Shown here in pieces: positions 1-9,255 of a stretch of DNA of 30,080 bases (within the stretch, counting starts at the first letter, position 1; every line of letters starts with the position of its first letter). A program made the position numbers and the translations under genes. The DNA comes from Pseudomonadota bacterium (GTDB taxonomy: Bacteria > Pseudomonadota > Alphaproteobacteria > RF32 > CAG-239), in contig CAKJXZ020000038.1 of assembly GCA_918234285.1 (NCBI GenBank), forward strand, positions 1 through 30,080, written 5' to 3'. A model generated the notes under the pieces. That model was not told the DNA's origin, ran no database searches, and worked only from the letters and a program-made list of their open reading frames with translations.

Positions 1-650
1 ATGTAAATTTGTCGCGAAGAGATTTGACCGAGTTGCCGGATTTATCTAAGGTAACCGTTGAAGGAGATTTTAATTGCGAATATAACAAATTGACTTCCTT
101 ACAAGGAGCGCCGCAAAAAGTAGGCGGAGATTTTGATTGCTCCCTTAATCAACTGACCACCTTGCAAGGGGCGCCGCAAAAGATTGGCGGATGTTTTAGT
201 TGCCGCAATAATCTGCTGACTACCTTAGAAGGAGCACCACAAAAAGTGGGCGATTTCAATTGCCGCAGTAATAAACTCACTTCGCTTAAAGGAGCGCCGC
301 AAGAAGTCGGAAAGTCTTTTATTTGTTTCAATAATAAGCTTACTACCTTAAAAGGAGCACCGCAAGAAGTCGGCGGAGATTTTGTTTGTTTTGGCAATCA
401 GGATTTAGTTTCTTTGTTCGGATTACCCAAAATGCCGGAGAATAATAAAATATATTGCGATGATGAGTTGGCGGAAAAATACGATAATCCGGAATCTTAT
501 AAAGATTTAATTGCCAGCGCAAAATATAAAAGCGAGTTATCGGCTCATATAATTCGGCAGAAAAAACATGAGGAAAATAAAACTGTTCAGGCCAAATTCA
601 AAGCCGGATACGCCGCGTTTAAGAAAATGAAAGCCGAGGAACGGGAATAA
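1..650 (+). CDS. 21-aa LRR-like repeat protein, paralog 1 (5' end outside window)
   Basis: The frame is open to the window edge ((D)VNLSRRDLTELPDLSKVTV aligns with DVHLSEKGLTELPDLSKVTV of the next gene), so the TTG at 9 is probably internal. Six FxCxxN modules in an LTxLxGAPQxVGGDFxCxxNx framework; C-cap shared with 663-1511. Confidence 0.85.
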   Translation, partial: VNLSRRDLTELPDLSKVTVEGDFNCEYNKLTSLQGAPQKVGGDFDCSLNQLTTLQGAPQKIGGCFSCRNNLLTTLEGAPQKVGDFNCRSNKLTSLKGAPQEVGKSFICFNNKLTTLKGAPQEVGGDFVCFGNQDLVSLFGLPKMPENNKIYCDDELAEKYDNPESYKDLIASAKYKSELSAHIIRQKKHEENKTVQAKFKAGYAAFKKMKAEERE

Positions 651-662
651 GGAGCAATAAAA

Positions 663-1511
663 ATGGCTGAGTTAAACGATAAATTTGAGTTTGAGCAAGA
701 TGGAAAGATGTACAATTTGTATAACCTTCCGGACGGGTTTGTGATTGAAGGCGATGTGCATTTGAGCGAAAAAGGTTTAACTGAACTGCCGGACTTATCC
801 AAGGTAACGGTAAAAGGAGATTTTAGTTGCAACGACAATCAACTAACTTCTCTGACCGGAGCCCCGCGGGAAGTCGGTGGAGATTTCTGGTGCGGAAATA
901 ATCAACTAACATCCTTGGAAGGAGCACCGCAAAAAGTCGGCGGAGGTTTTTGGTGCTATGATAATCAGCTGACCTCCCTGACCGGAGCACCGCAAGAAGT
1001 CGGCGGAGATTTTTATTGCAATAATAATCAGCTAAACTCCCTGACCGGAGCCCCGCGGGAAGTCGGTGGAGATTTCTGGTGCTTTGATAATCAGCTGACC
1101 TCCCTGACCGGAGCACCGCAAAAAGTAGCTGGCGGTTTTAGTTGCTACAAAAACCAACTGACTTCTTTGCAAGGCGCACCGCAAGAAGTCGGAGGAAATT
1201 TTAATTGCTATGAAAACGATAATTTATTTTCCTTATTCGGGTTGCCTCAAATGTTGGATGATAAAAGTATATATTGCGATGATGATTTGATGGAAAGATA
1301 TAATCGCCCGAAGGCGGAAAATGAAGACGGCAATTATTATATTAAATACAAAGACTTGATTGAAAGCGCAAAGTATCAAAGCGAGTTATCCGTCTATAAA
1401 ATCCTGCAAAAAAAGCACGAAGAACGTGCGCAAAATGATGCAGCAAGGAAAGAAAAACTCAAAGCCGGATTTGAGGCGTTTATGAAAATGCAAACCGAGG
1501 AACGGGAATAA
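663..1511 (+). CDS. 21-aa LRR-like repeat protein, paralog 2 (282 aa, no signal peptide)
   Basis: RBS AAGGAG at ~649-654 and ATG at 663. Seven FxCxxN modules at 63-bp period; N- and C-caps homologous to the upstream gene. Confidence 0.9.
   Translation: MAELNDKFEFEQDGKMYNLYNLPDGFVIEGDVHLSEKGLTELPDLSKVTVKGDFSCNDNQLTSLTGAPREVGGDFWCGNNQLTSLEGAPQKVGGGFWCYDNQLTSLTGAPQEVGGDFYCNNNQLNSLTGAPREVGGDFWCFDNQLTSLTGAPQKVAGGFSCYKNQLTSLQGAPQEVGGNFNCYENDNLFSLFGLPQMLDDKSIYCDDDLMERYNRPKAENEDGNYYIKYKDLIESAKYQSELSVYKILQKKHEERAQNDAARKEKLKAGFEAFMKMQTEERE
816..1220 (+). repeat. Intragenic 63-bp tandem repeat array (LRR modules)
   Basis: Exact matches 852-893 = 1041-1082 (42 bp, offset 189) and 959-995 = 1085-1121 (37 bp, offset 126). 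Confidence 0.9.
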
Positions 1512-1535
1512 AATATTTTTCCTTATTTAAACACA

Positions 1536-1568
1536 AAAAACGCCGTGCAAAAAGAGCAGGGCGTTTTT
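1536..1568. terminator. Likely bidirectional intrinsic terminator between the LRR genes and rpoD
   Basis: AAAAACGCC-g-TGC...GCA-g-GGCGTTTTT hairpin with A/T tracts on both sides, between convergent genes. Confidence 0.7.
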
Positions 1569-1590
1569 CTTATCTTATCCGTATGAAAAA

Positions 1591-3681
1591 TTACGAATGG
1601 TCCAAAAACGAGCGCAGACGCTTCGAACGGCTCGGATGCTTCAGCTTACGCAGAGCCTTAGCCTCAATCTGACGAATACGTTCACGCGTTACGTTGAATT
1701 GCTTGCCGACTTCTTCCAAAGTGTGGTCGGTGTTCATACCGATACCGAAGCGCATACGCAACACGCGTTCTTCTCGCGGCGTCAGCGACGAAAGAATCTT
1801 GGTGCAGGTTTCCTTTAAGTTGCTGTGAATCGCCATATCCAGCGGCTGCATTGCGCTCTCGTCGGCAATAAAATCGCCCAAAGACGAATCTTCCTCATCA
1901 CCGACCGGCGCCTCCAAGCTGACCGGCTCTTTGGCAATTTTCATTACCTTGCGGATTTTATCAAGCGGCATGGAAAGACGCTTAGCCAATTCCTCAGGCA
2001 CCGGCTCACGCCCCATTTCCGCCAGCATCTGGCGCGAAGTGCGTACCAATTTATTGATGGTTTCAATCATGTGTACCGGAATACGAATGGTGCGTGCCTG
2101 GTCGGCAATCGAGCGAGTGATTGCCTGACGTATCCACCAGGTGGCATAAGTAGAAAACTTGTAACCGCGGCGATATTCAAATTTATCAACCGCTTTCATC
2201 AGGCCGATGTTGCCTTCCTGAATCAAATCCAGAAACTGCATACCGCGGTTGGTGTATTTCTTGGCAATCGAGATAACCAGGCGCAAGTTGGCTTCAATCA
2301 TTTCTTTTTTGGCGCGTTCCGCTTCACGTTCACCTTTTTTGATGGTTTCAACCATGCGGCGGTATTCGCTGATAGGCAGGTCGCATTCCTTGGCCATTTG
2401 CGCAACGTTTTGGCGGATTTCCGCAATCTCGTCGCCGTATTTTTCCAGGAACAACTGCCAATGCTTGTCTTTTTCCTGTGCAATCTTATTCATCCAATTC
2501 GGGTCAAGCTCCGATTTTTGATAAGACTTGAGAAAATCTTCGCGTTTAATTTTGCAGGCCGTAGCATAACGCAACAACTTACCTTCCTGCGTCAGAAGGC
2601 GGTTGTTCAAATCATTAAGCTGTTCGACCAATTGTTCCACTCGCGAGCTGTTAAGATGAATCGAGCTCATCAGCTCAACCAATTCTTTTTTCAGCTTGAT
2701 ATATTTTTTCTCGGTTGAAGCGATAATCTTGCGACCGGATAAAATAGCAGCCATACGCTGGCTCTGAACTTTGCGCAGATTATCGTATTGGCCGGCGATT
2801 TTACTCAAAGTTTCCAACACCGGTTGCAACAGCATATTTTCCATAGCAGAAACCGAAGTCGCGCTGTGGCCGATACCTTCGGCATCTTCATCATCTTCGT
2901 TTTCGGCAGCATCTTCTTCCATTTGTTCAATACTGTCGTCATCGCTTTCTTCAATATCGCCGCTGACTTCGCCGTCAAGGTCGATATCTTCATCCAAATC
3001 GTCGTCGATTTCATCTAAATTTGTTTCGTCGAGTTCTTTGGTTACTTTCTCAAAATCGTCAACCACCTGAGTTTCGGAAGTATCGTCATAAACCATGGCT
3101 TCGGAATCATCGCCGTACATCATTTCCAAATCAACCACGTCGCGCAGCTGTAATTCGCCGCTTTCCAACTGATCACGCCATTCGGAAATTGCCTTCAAAG
3201 TCATCGGGCTTTCGCACAACCCGCTTATCATAACGGTTTTACCGGCTTCGATTCGCTTGGAAATTGCTATTTCACCCTCACGCGAGAGTAGTTCAACCAA
3301 TCCCATTTCTTTCAAGTACATTCTTACCGGATCGTCGGAGTGACCGATATCCTTGATATCAATATTACCGACATTTTCAATATCTTCGCTTTCGTCGCTA
3401 CCGTATTGATAGTCTTCCGAACCTTTTTCGCTTTCTTCCTCATCCAGTTCGGAATCCGAAGTTATGGTAATTCCCATCTCTGATATGTTTGACATTATAT
3501 CTTCCAACTTTTCGGAAGACAGTTTCTCCGGCGGAAGGGCTCGATTGAGTTCTTCCATGGTGATATATCCGAGTTTTTTACCTTTGGCGATTAAGTTTCT
3601 GACAGCGCTTTCCGACGCTGAAACAATAGCTTCGTCGCTATTTTCCGTTTCATATAAATCCTGATTGTTTTTCTCAGCCAT
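1591..3681 (-). CDS. rpoD: RNA polymerase primary sigma factor RpoD (sigma70)
   Basis: Region 1.2 [11 protein letters not shown], region 2 [38 protein letters not shown] and [10 protein letters not shown], region 4 [24 protein letters not shown]. Start placed at ATG 3681 (MAEK) with AGGA upstream. Confidence 0.98.
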   Translation of the reverse strand: MAEKNNQDLYETENSDEAIVSASESAVRNLIAKGKKLGYITMEELNRALPPEKLSSEKLEDIMSNISEMGITITSDSELDEEESEKGSEDYQYGSDESEDIENVGNIDIKDIGHSDDPVRMYLKEMGLVELLSREGEIAISKRIEAGKTVMISGLCESPMTLKAISEWRDQLESGELQLRDVVDLEMMYGDDSEAMVYDDTSETQVVDDFEKVTKELDETNLDEIDDDLDEDIDLDGEVSGDIEESDDDSIEQMEEDAAENEDDEDAEGIGHSATSVSAMENMLLQPVLETLSKIAGQYDNLRKVQSQRMAAILSGRKIIASTEKKYIKLKKELVELMSSIHLNSSRVEQLVEQLNDLNNRLLTQEGKLLRYATACKIKREDFLKSYQKSELDPNWMNKIAQEKDKHWQLFLEKYGDEIAEIRQNVAQMAKECDLPISEYRRMVETIKKGEREAERAKKEMIEANLRLVISIAKKYTNRGMQFLDLIQEGNIGLMKAVDKFEYRRGYKFSTYATWWIRQAITRSIADQARTIRIPVHMIETINKLVRTSRQMLAEMGREPVPEELAKRLSMPLDKIRKVMKIAKEPVSLEAPVGDEEDSSLGDFIADESAMQPLDMAIHSNLKETCTKILSSLTPREERVLRMRFGIGMNTDHTLEEVGKQFNVTRERIRQIEAKALRKLKHPSRSKRLRSFLDHS

Positions 3682-3741
3682 GACGTTCCTTAAAAAATCG
3701 ATTTTAATCTTTAAAAAGATTACATTTGCTAGCACGGCATA

Positions 3742-3770
3742 TATTTAGTGAATTTTTATCAAATTGTCAA
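3742..3770 (-). promoter_or_regulatory. Putative sigma70 promoter for rpoD
   Basis: Minus strand TTGACA (3770-3765), 17 bp, TAAATA (3747-3742) in the dnaG-rpoD spacer. Confidence 0.45.
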
Positions 3771-3788
3771 GAAAAGAACGTGAAAAAA

Positions 3789-5639
3789 TTAAATTAATTT
3801 ATCATCTGTTAAAAACTTGTTGCGTTCAACGATGAGTTGTTTGTATCTGGCATAGACGTCTTCTGCATTTTCCGGCTGATTTTTAAGTAATGCAGTACAT
3901 TCTTTTATTTCTTTATCTATTTGTTTTAATTGAATTTCTTTTAAGCTATCATTAATTTCGGTTTTTAATTCCAGCAGAGTGATTTTCTGCATTTTATACA
4001 TGTTAAATTCCCAAAGTTCTCCAATTTTATCGGCAAAATTTAACTGCAATTTTTCCACAAGCACATCCGAATCGATATTTTTTTCCTCTTGCACGATTTC
4101 AATAATCTCGCTCATCATCTTGGCAAACGGACTTTTACCTACATCAAACTCCGCCAGACGCTCACCATAGTCTTCCGCCAGCCGCGGATACAGGATCATT
4201 GCTGCCACTATTTTGCGCAAAAACAAGTCGGTAAGCGGTGTTTTTTTAACCAGATTATAACCTTGTTTATTTTCTAAAGTTATGCGTGAATTTTTATTAT
4301 ATAATTTATTGTTTTTTGTTGATTTATTTCCGATGCTATTATTTTGATTCTTCCCGAATTCGGCCCCGCGCCCGAAGGCATAATAAATTCGCTTTTTCAT
4401 TTCCTGCGTATAATAATTACGGATTTGATTATCCTTTATTTTGGCCACTTCTTCAAAGATTTCTTTTTCTATCAGTGCTTTTTGTTCTGGCGTTGCGGTA
4501 TCTTTATTCATTTTGCATTTATGCCAGAGGATATCTACCAAAGGGCGAGCTTTAACCAAATATTTTTCAAACACTTCCGCCCCGAATTTATGTAATAATT
4601 CATCCGGATCCTTAGCCTCTTTTAAAAAGATGTAATTTACCGAATATCCGGCTCTTAAATTAGGTAATACCCGGTCAACCGAGCGGATGGCGGCTCTTAT
4701 GCCGGCAGCATCGCCGTCAAAGCACAGAGTGGGGATATTGCATACTTTCCAAGCCTCAATCATCTGTTCTTCTGTTAAGGCCGTACCGAGCGGTGCTACC
4801 GCGTAACCAAAGCCGAAGCTGTCCAACGCGATAACGTCCATATAGCCTTCGCAGATAATCAGTCGCTTAGCGGAATATGCCGATTCGCGTGCATTATTCA
4901 TGTTATAGAGAATCCGCCGTTTATTAAAAATCGGGGTTTCCGGAGAATTAAGATACTTCGGTTGACCGTCGCCCAAAATTCTGCCGCCGAACGCAATCAC
5001 GTTTTTCTGCTTATCCATAATCGGAATCATCACCCTATCGAAGAAAAAGTCATTCGGATGGCGATTTTTATCTTCCGGAATGCTTATTAACCCCAAATCT
5101 GCCATATCCTGTTCGGATATTCCCTTGGCAGAAAGGTGAGCCTTCAGCGCATTATTACTCGGTGCGTAGCCGAGGCGGAATTTTTTCATTGTATCTTCGT
5201 TCAGACCGCGTTTTTGCGTAAAATAGGCGTATCCTTTGGAGCCGACCGGCATTCGCAGATTTTTTTCAAAAAACTCCGCGGCTATATCCATAATTTCGTA
5301 AAGTGATTTCCGCCGTTGTGCCGCTTCCTGATTTTCGCGCGAGAAGGCCGGTAGTTCCATACCGACACGGGTAGCCAACTTTTTAACGGCATCAATAAAA
5401 GGCAAGCCTTCATTATCCATCAAAAACTTTACGGCATCTCCGTGAGCGCCGCAACCGAAACAATGATAAAAACCTTTGCTTTCGTTAATGGTAAAAGAGG
5501 GCGTTTTTTCCTGATGAAAAGGACATAATCCGGTATATTCCCGGCCGCGCTTTTGCAACTTTACTTTTTCGCCGATAATTTCGGCGATGGAAATCCGACT
5601 GCGCAGTTCATCCAAAAATTTTAAAAAATCGTCATTCAT
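3789..5639 (-). CDS. dnaG: DNA primase DnaG
   Basis: CHC2 zinc finger (CPFHQEKTPSF...HCFGC), KYLNSPET, TOPRIM EGYMD and FDGDAAG; lies upstream of rpoD. Confidence 0.97.
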   Translation of the reverse strand: MNDDFLKFLDELRSRISIAEIIGEKVKLQKRGREYTGLCPFHQEKTPSFTINESKGFYHCFGCGAHGDAVKFLMDNEGLPFIDAVKKLATRVGMELPAFSRENQEAAQRRKSLYEIMDIAAEFFEKNLRMPVGSKGYAYFTQKRGLNEDTMKKFRLGYAPSNNALKAHLSAKGISEQDMADLGLISIPEDKNRHPNDFFFDRVMIPIMDKQKNVIAFGGRILGDGQPKYLNSPETPIFNKRRILYNMNNARESAYSAKRLIICEGYMDVIALDSFGFGYAVAPLGTALTEEQMIEAWKVCNIPTLCFDGDAAGIRAAIRSVDRVLPNLRAGYSVNYIFLKEAKDPDELLHKFGAEVFEKYLVKARPLVDILWHKCKMNKDTATPEQKALIEKEIFEEVAKIKDNQIRNYYTQEMKKRIYYAFGRGAEFGKNQNNSIGNKSTKNNKLYNKNSRITLENKQGYNLVKKTPLTDLFLRKIVAAMILYPRLAEDYGERLAEFDVGKSPFAKMMSEIIEIVQEEKNIDSDVLVEKLQLNFADKIGELWEFNMYKMQKITLLELKTEINDSLKEIQLKQIDKEIKECTALLKNQPENAEDVYARYKQLIVERNKFLTDDKLI

Positions 5640-5657
5640 CAGATTAAACGCTGTTTC

Positions 5658-6110
5658 CTAAGATAAAAGCTGTTTAATAATACCGGAAGCTGCTCCGAAA
5701 TCCATTTGTCCGGCATATTTGTTTTTAAGCACTCCCATAACCTTGCCCATATCTTTGATTGAGGCAGCGCCGACTTCGGTAATAATTGCCTTAATGGCGG
5801 CTTCTGCTTCTTCTGCCGAAAGCTGTTTCGGTAAAAAGCGAGTAATCACATCAATTTCCGATTGTTCTTTTTCGGCCAAATCCGGGCGATTGCCGTCCTG
5901 ATAAATTTTAATTGATTCTTTGCGTTGTTTAATCATGGATTGCATCATGGCGAGCAATACATCGTCCGATGCCTTTTCTTGCCCCTTGCCGCGAGCCTCT
6001 ACATCCTTTTCCTTTTGGCCGGCAATGATCAACCGAACCGCATTAACGGTCTGGGTGTCACGATTTTTCATGGCTTCTTTTAAACTGTTTTGCAAATCTT
6101 CTCTTAACAT
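5658..6110 (-). CDS. yqeY: GatB/YqeY domain protein
   Basis: LKEAMK...KQRKESI...DLAEKE...FLPKQLS...KDMGKVMG pattern; conserved position upstream of dnaG. Confidence 0.9.
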   Translation of the reverse strand: MLREDLQNSLKEAMKNRDTQTVNAVRLIIAGQKEKDVEARGKGQEKASDDVLLAMMQSMIKQRKESIKIYQDGNRPDLAEKEQSEIDVITRFLPKQLSAEEAEAAIKAIITEVGAASIKDMGKVMGVLKNKYAGQMDFGAASGIIKQLLS

Positions 6111-6127
6111 TTATTATCCTTTCAATT

Positions 6128-6925
6128 TTATCTGTTTATATCATCCAGCGTAATTCTGACTTTTCGTGCATCGGCAGACGGCGGATTGAGCAAAATTCTG
6201 AACAAAGCGCCGAACTGCGGTTCCAATCTGTGTTCGGAAAGAATCTCCGTTACTTCGTCTTCAACCATATTATCGGCATTAATAACCGAGGCTTTTACCG
6301 GCAAAACCACCGCGACACTGTTTCCCGCGTTATATAATCTGCCGCTTACTTCCAAATAAGGCTTATTATTCTGGTTAATGTTTTTAATTACCACATCCTC
6401 AATAGTCAGATCCTTACCGCGATAAATGCTTTCTACCCCCAGACGGGTATACAGCTGTTCCATCATCGGCATTTTGGACACCACATCGTAGCGATAATCC
6501 CATATCAACCGTGCGCCGAGCACAATCGACGTAAGCAACAAAAAAGCCGTCAGCATATAAACCGAAAAATTATTCAGTACATAATGACGAATTTTTTGCG
6601 ACAAGCTCATATCTTCAACGGTATCTCCCGAAGAAAACAGATTTTTGGTGTTGTGTGACAGACGTTTGAACATCGCATCGATATCGTCGCTGACATCAGG
6701 AGCGGCGTTAATTTCCTCTTCAACCGCATTTGCTTCATTGGTATCGGCCTTAATTTCGGTTTGCTCCGGCACGGTTTCGGTTTCCGGTTCGACCAAAGTA
6801 CCGTCACTCGGATAAACCATCCAGATATAACCGCATTCCGCACACTTAAATTTTTTACCGCTTTCCGGTATGTAATCAGCCGAAATATTGTATACCGCTC
6901 GGCATTCGGGACAACTTATTAACAT
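6128..6925 (-). CDS. Zinc-ribbon / TM / DUF3426-type protein (ZitP-like)
   Basis: N-terminal CPEC...KCAECGYIW zinc ribbon, one TM segment, C-terminal beta domain (LEVSGRLYN); divergent from ftsE as in other alphaproteobacteria. Confidence 0.75.
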   Translation of the reverse strand: MLISCPECRAVYNISADYIPESGKKFKCAECGYIWMVYPSDGTLVEPETETVPEQTEIKADTNEANAVEEEINAAPDVSDDIDAMFKRLSHNTKNLFSSGDTVEDMSLSQKIRHYVLNNFSVYMLTAFLLLTSIVLGARLIWDYRYDVVSKMPMMEQLYTRLGVESIYRGKDLTIEDVVIKNINQNNKPYLEVSGRLYNAGNSVAVVLPVKASVINADNMVEDEVTEILSEHRLEPQFGALFRILLNPPSADARKVRITLDDINR

Positions 6926-7042
6926 ATTAACCTCTTTTTTTTACACTATATTCCAAAAATATTGATAAGCAATTAAAAAAAATATTTTATTAAATAGATT
7001 ATTGTAGTATCATCCGTCTATCGTCTGTTGGGAGGAGAAATT

Positions 7043-7747
7043 ATGACGGATAATACAACGAATATATTGCAACCGATTATAGACATGCAAAATGTTTCGG
7101 TTGGTTATGACGGCGAGGATGTTTTAAGCAATATTCATCTGTCGCTGATGCCTGGTTCTTTTAGCTTTGTTACGGGAAAGAGCGGCGCCGGCAAAACCAC
7201 CCTTTTAAGTATGCTTTATTTAACCAAACGGCCGAGCAAAGGTGTTTTAAACGTGTTCGGCAACAATATTAATTTCTCCAATCGCAACAGTCTGGCTTTA
7301 ATGCGGCAAAAGATGGGGGTTGTATTCCAAGATTTCCGCCTGTTGGACCATTTGACGGTTTATGACAATATAGCGTTGCCGCTCCGGGTGCGCGGAATGA
7401 ATGAAAAAGAAATAAATAAGCGTGTTATCGAGCTGTTGAAGTGGATTGAACTGCATAAAAGCGTTTATAAACAATGCAGTACTTTATCCGGCGGTGAAAA
7501 ACAGCGCGTGGCAATTGCCCGAGCAGTGATTAATCGTCCGGATATTTTATTTGCCGACGAACCGACCGGTAGTGTAGATTCCGAAATTGCCGAGAAATTG
7601 ATGCGTTTATTGGTGGAACTCAATAAAGTAGGGACTACCATTGTGCTTGCTACGCACAACGAGCAACTGACATCTTCTTATAACTATCAAAGAATCGATT
7701 TATCCAACGGTACCGCCAAATTATATCCGGCGTTGCAGCGTGTATAA
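7043..7747 (+). CDS. ftsE: Cell-division ATP-binding protein FtsE
   Basis: GKSGAGKTT, VVFQDFRLLDHL, LSGGEKQRVAIARA, ADEPTG, ATH. ATG 7043 follows GGAGGAG; followed by ftsX. Confidence 0.92.
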   Translation: MTDNTTNILQPIIDMQNVSVGYDGEDVLSNIHLSLMPGSFSFVTGKSGAGKTTLLSMLYLTKRPSKGVLNVFGNNINFSNRNSLALMRQKMGVVFQDFRLLDHLTVYDNIALPLRVRGMNEKEINKRVIELLKWIELHKSVYKQCSTLSGGEKQRVAIARAVINRPDILFADEPTGSVDSEIAEKLMRLLVELNKVGTTIVLATHNEQLTSSYNYQRIDLSNGTAKLYPALQRV

Positions 7748-7758
7748 CGGAGAAAGCC

Positions 7759-8667
7759 ATGTATAGAGAATTGATGCGTAAAAACGAAATAACGGTCGAA
7801 GACGAAGATACTTCATTGTTTATGTACGTATTATCGTCGATTTATATGTATTTGTTTGTGGTGGTTCTGGCGATGGTTATGGCCATTCATTCCATGGTTA
7901 CCAATTGGGAAAAAGATATTACCGGCTCAATAACGGTGCAAGTGTTGCCGGTTGAAGACGATAACAAAAAGATAGATAACGAAAAAACTCAGGTCGAGGT
8001 CAATAAAGTTCTGCAATATATGGAAAATGTATCCGGTGTAAAGAGTGTTAATGTTCTGGATGCACAAAGCATAGAAAAACTGATGACACCGTGGCTGGGC
8101 AATAAGGTTGATATTTCGTCGTTACCGATTCCGCAACTGATGGATATTCAGCTGGAAGAAGACGCGGAGATAAATTATGATGAGATTACTCGCAATTTAT
8201 ATAAGATAACCCCGAATGCCTCGATTGATAATCACCGTTTGTGGCTCAATCGCCTGTTGAAGTTTGCTAATTCGCTTAATTCTCTGGCTTTGGCGGTATT
8301 GACAATGGTGGTGGTAATCTGTGCCTTTTCGATTTATTATTCCACCCGCGCCAGTTTGGGGATTAATATGAATTCAATAGAAATTCTGCATATAATCGGT
8401 GCCCAAGACGATTATGTGGCCAGACAATATGCACGCAGTTATGCCAAAATAGGTTTCTTTTCCGGGATTATCGGTTTGATGATTGCCGTGCCGACGATTA
8501 TCCTGATATCAAAATATGCCATATCGGCCGGCAGCGGGTTGTTAAACGGTGCCGGTTTGACTCAGCTTCATTGGATATTAATGATGTTTACCCCGGTATT
8601 TTCGCTGTTTTTTGCAAAAATAACTGCCTATTACACGGTGCGTAAATCGTTGGAGAAAATGTGTTAA
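7759..8667 (+). CDS. ftsX: Cell-division permease FtsX
   Basis: TM + periplasmic loop (SITVQV, LMTPWLG, LPIPQL, IDNHRLW) + three TMs, IEILHIIGA motif; directly after ftsE. Confidence 0.9.
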   Translation: MYRELMRKNEITVEDEDTSLFMYVLSSIYMYLFVVVLAMVMAIHSMVTNWEKDITGSITVQVLPVEDDNKKIDNEKTQVEVNKVLQYMENVSGVKSVNVLDAQSIEKLMTPWLGNKVDISSLPIPQLMDIQLEEDAEINYDEITRNLYKITPNASIDNHRLWLNRLLKFANSLNSLALAVLTMVVVICAFSIYYSTRASLGINMNSIEILHIIGAQDDYVARQYARSYAKIGFFSGIIGLMIAVPTIILISKYAISAGSGLLNGAGLTQLHWILMMFTPVFSLFFAKITAYYTVRKSLEKMC

Positions 8668-9245
8668 TGATAAACTCAAAAAGAATATACCTGCTTGTCG
8701 CCATTATATTTGTTTTATTTATGGCGTGGTCGGCGGGTTTTATCCTTTTTGATAATGCCATTAACAAATATGCGGCCGATGAATATCGCAAAACCGATGC
8801 TGTTGTGGTTCTGACCGGCGGTCGCAATCGCATAGCGGAATCCATTCGTCTGCTGAACAACAACCTTGCCGAAAAGCTGTTTATCTCCGGCGTATCCGAA
8901 AAGGTATCAATCAAAGATATAGAAAATAAAGCCGGAGTGCATATCGATAATCCGGACAGGGTCGAGCTCGGATATAAGGCTCACGATACCATCGGTAATG
9001 CCTTAGAAATTAAAGAATGGATTGAAAATAATAACATTACTTCCGTGCGTTTGGTTACTTCTAACTATCATCTGCCGCGCAGTATGGTGGAATTGAACGC
9101 ACTGGATTTTCCGCTCGAAATTCTGCCGCATCCGGTGTATTCAGACCGCATTGCCAAAAGGTGGTTTATGTCGTGGGGAACGTTTAAGTTTATGGCAGAA
9201 GAATACAATAAATTCTTGGCAGCCTGGTTGCGTAATTTGTTTTAG
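8667..9245 (+). CDS. YdcF/DUF218 family protein
   Basis: DAVVVLTGGRNRI, LFISGV, TIGNALE, LVTSNYHLPRS, EYNK; TAATG stop/start overlap with ftsX. Confidence 0.88.
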   Translation: MINSKRIYLLVAIIFVLFMAWSAGFILFDNAINKYAADEYRKTDAVVVLTGGRNRIAESIRLLNNNLAEKLFISGVSEKVSIKDIENKAGVHIDNPDRVELGYKAHDTIGNALEIKEWIENNNITSVRLVTSNYHLPRSMVELNALDFPLEILPHPVYSDRIAKRWFMSWGTFKFMAEEYNKFLAAWLRNLF

Positions 9246-9255
9246 GAGAAGTTTT

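Noticed and set aside
63-1220. CRISPR array interpretation of the ~63-bp periodicity
   Set aside because: The repeats are in-frame, degenerate at synonymous sites and lack unique spacers, and no cas genes are present. This is a protein repeat.
1825-2718. 297-aa + strand ORF antisense to rpoD (and similar shadow ORFs across gatAB, DUF4105 and the ftsK-like gene)
   Set aside because: They are fully antisense to well-supported genes and lack motifs; typical shadow frames from codon bias.
3682-3735. Longer upstream starts in the ORF track (rpoD 3735, ftsE 7028, plsC 9151, gatA 12019, yejF 18023, DUF4105 21910, lipoprotein 26269)
   Set aside because: They overlap neighbouring genes, terminators or RBS sequences. 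Downstream ATGs fit the RBS or overlap pattern and family N-termini better.
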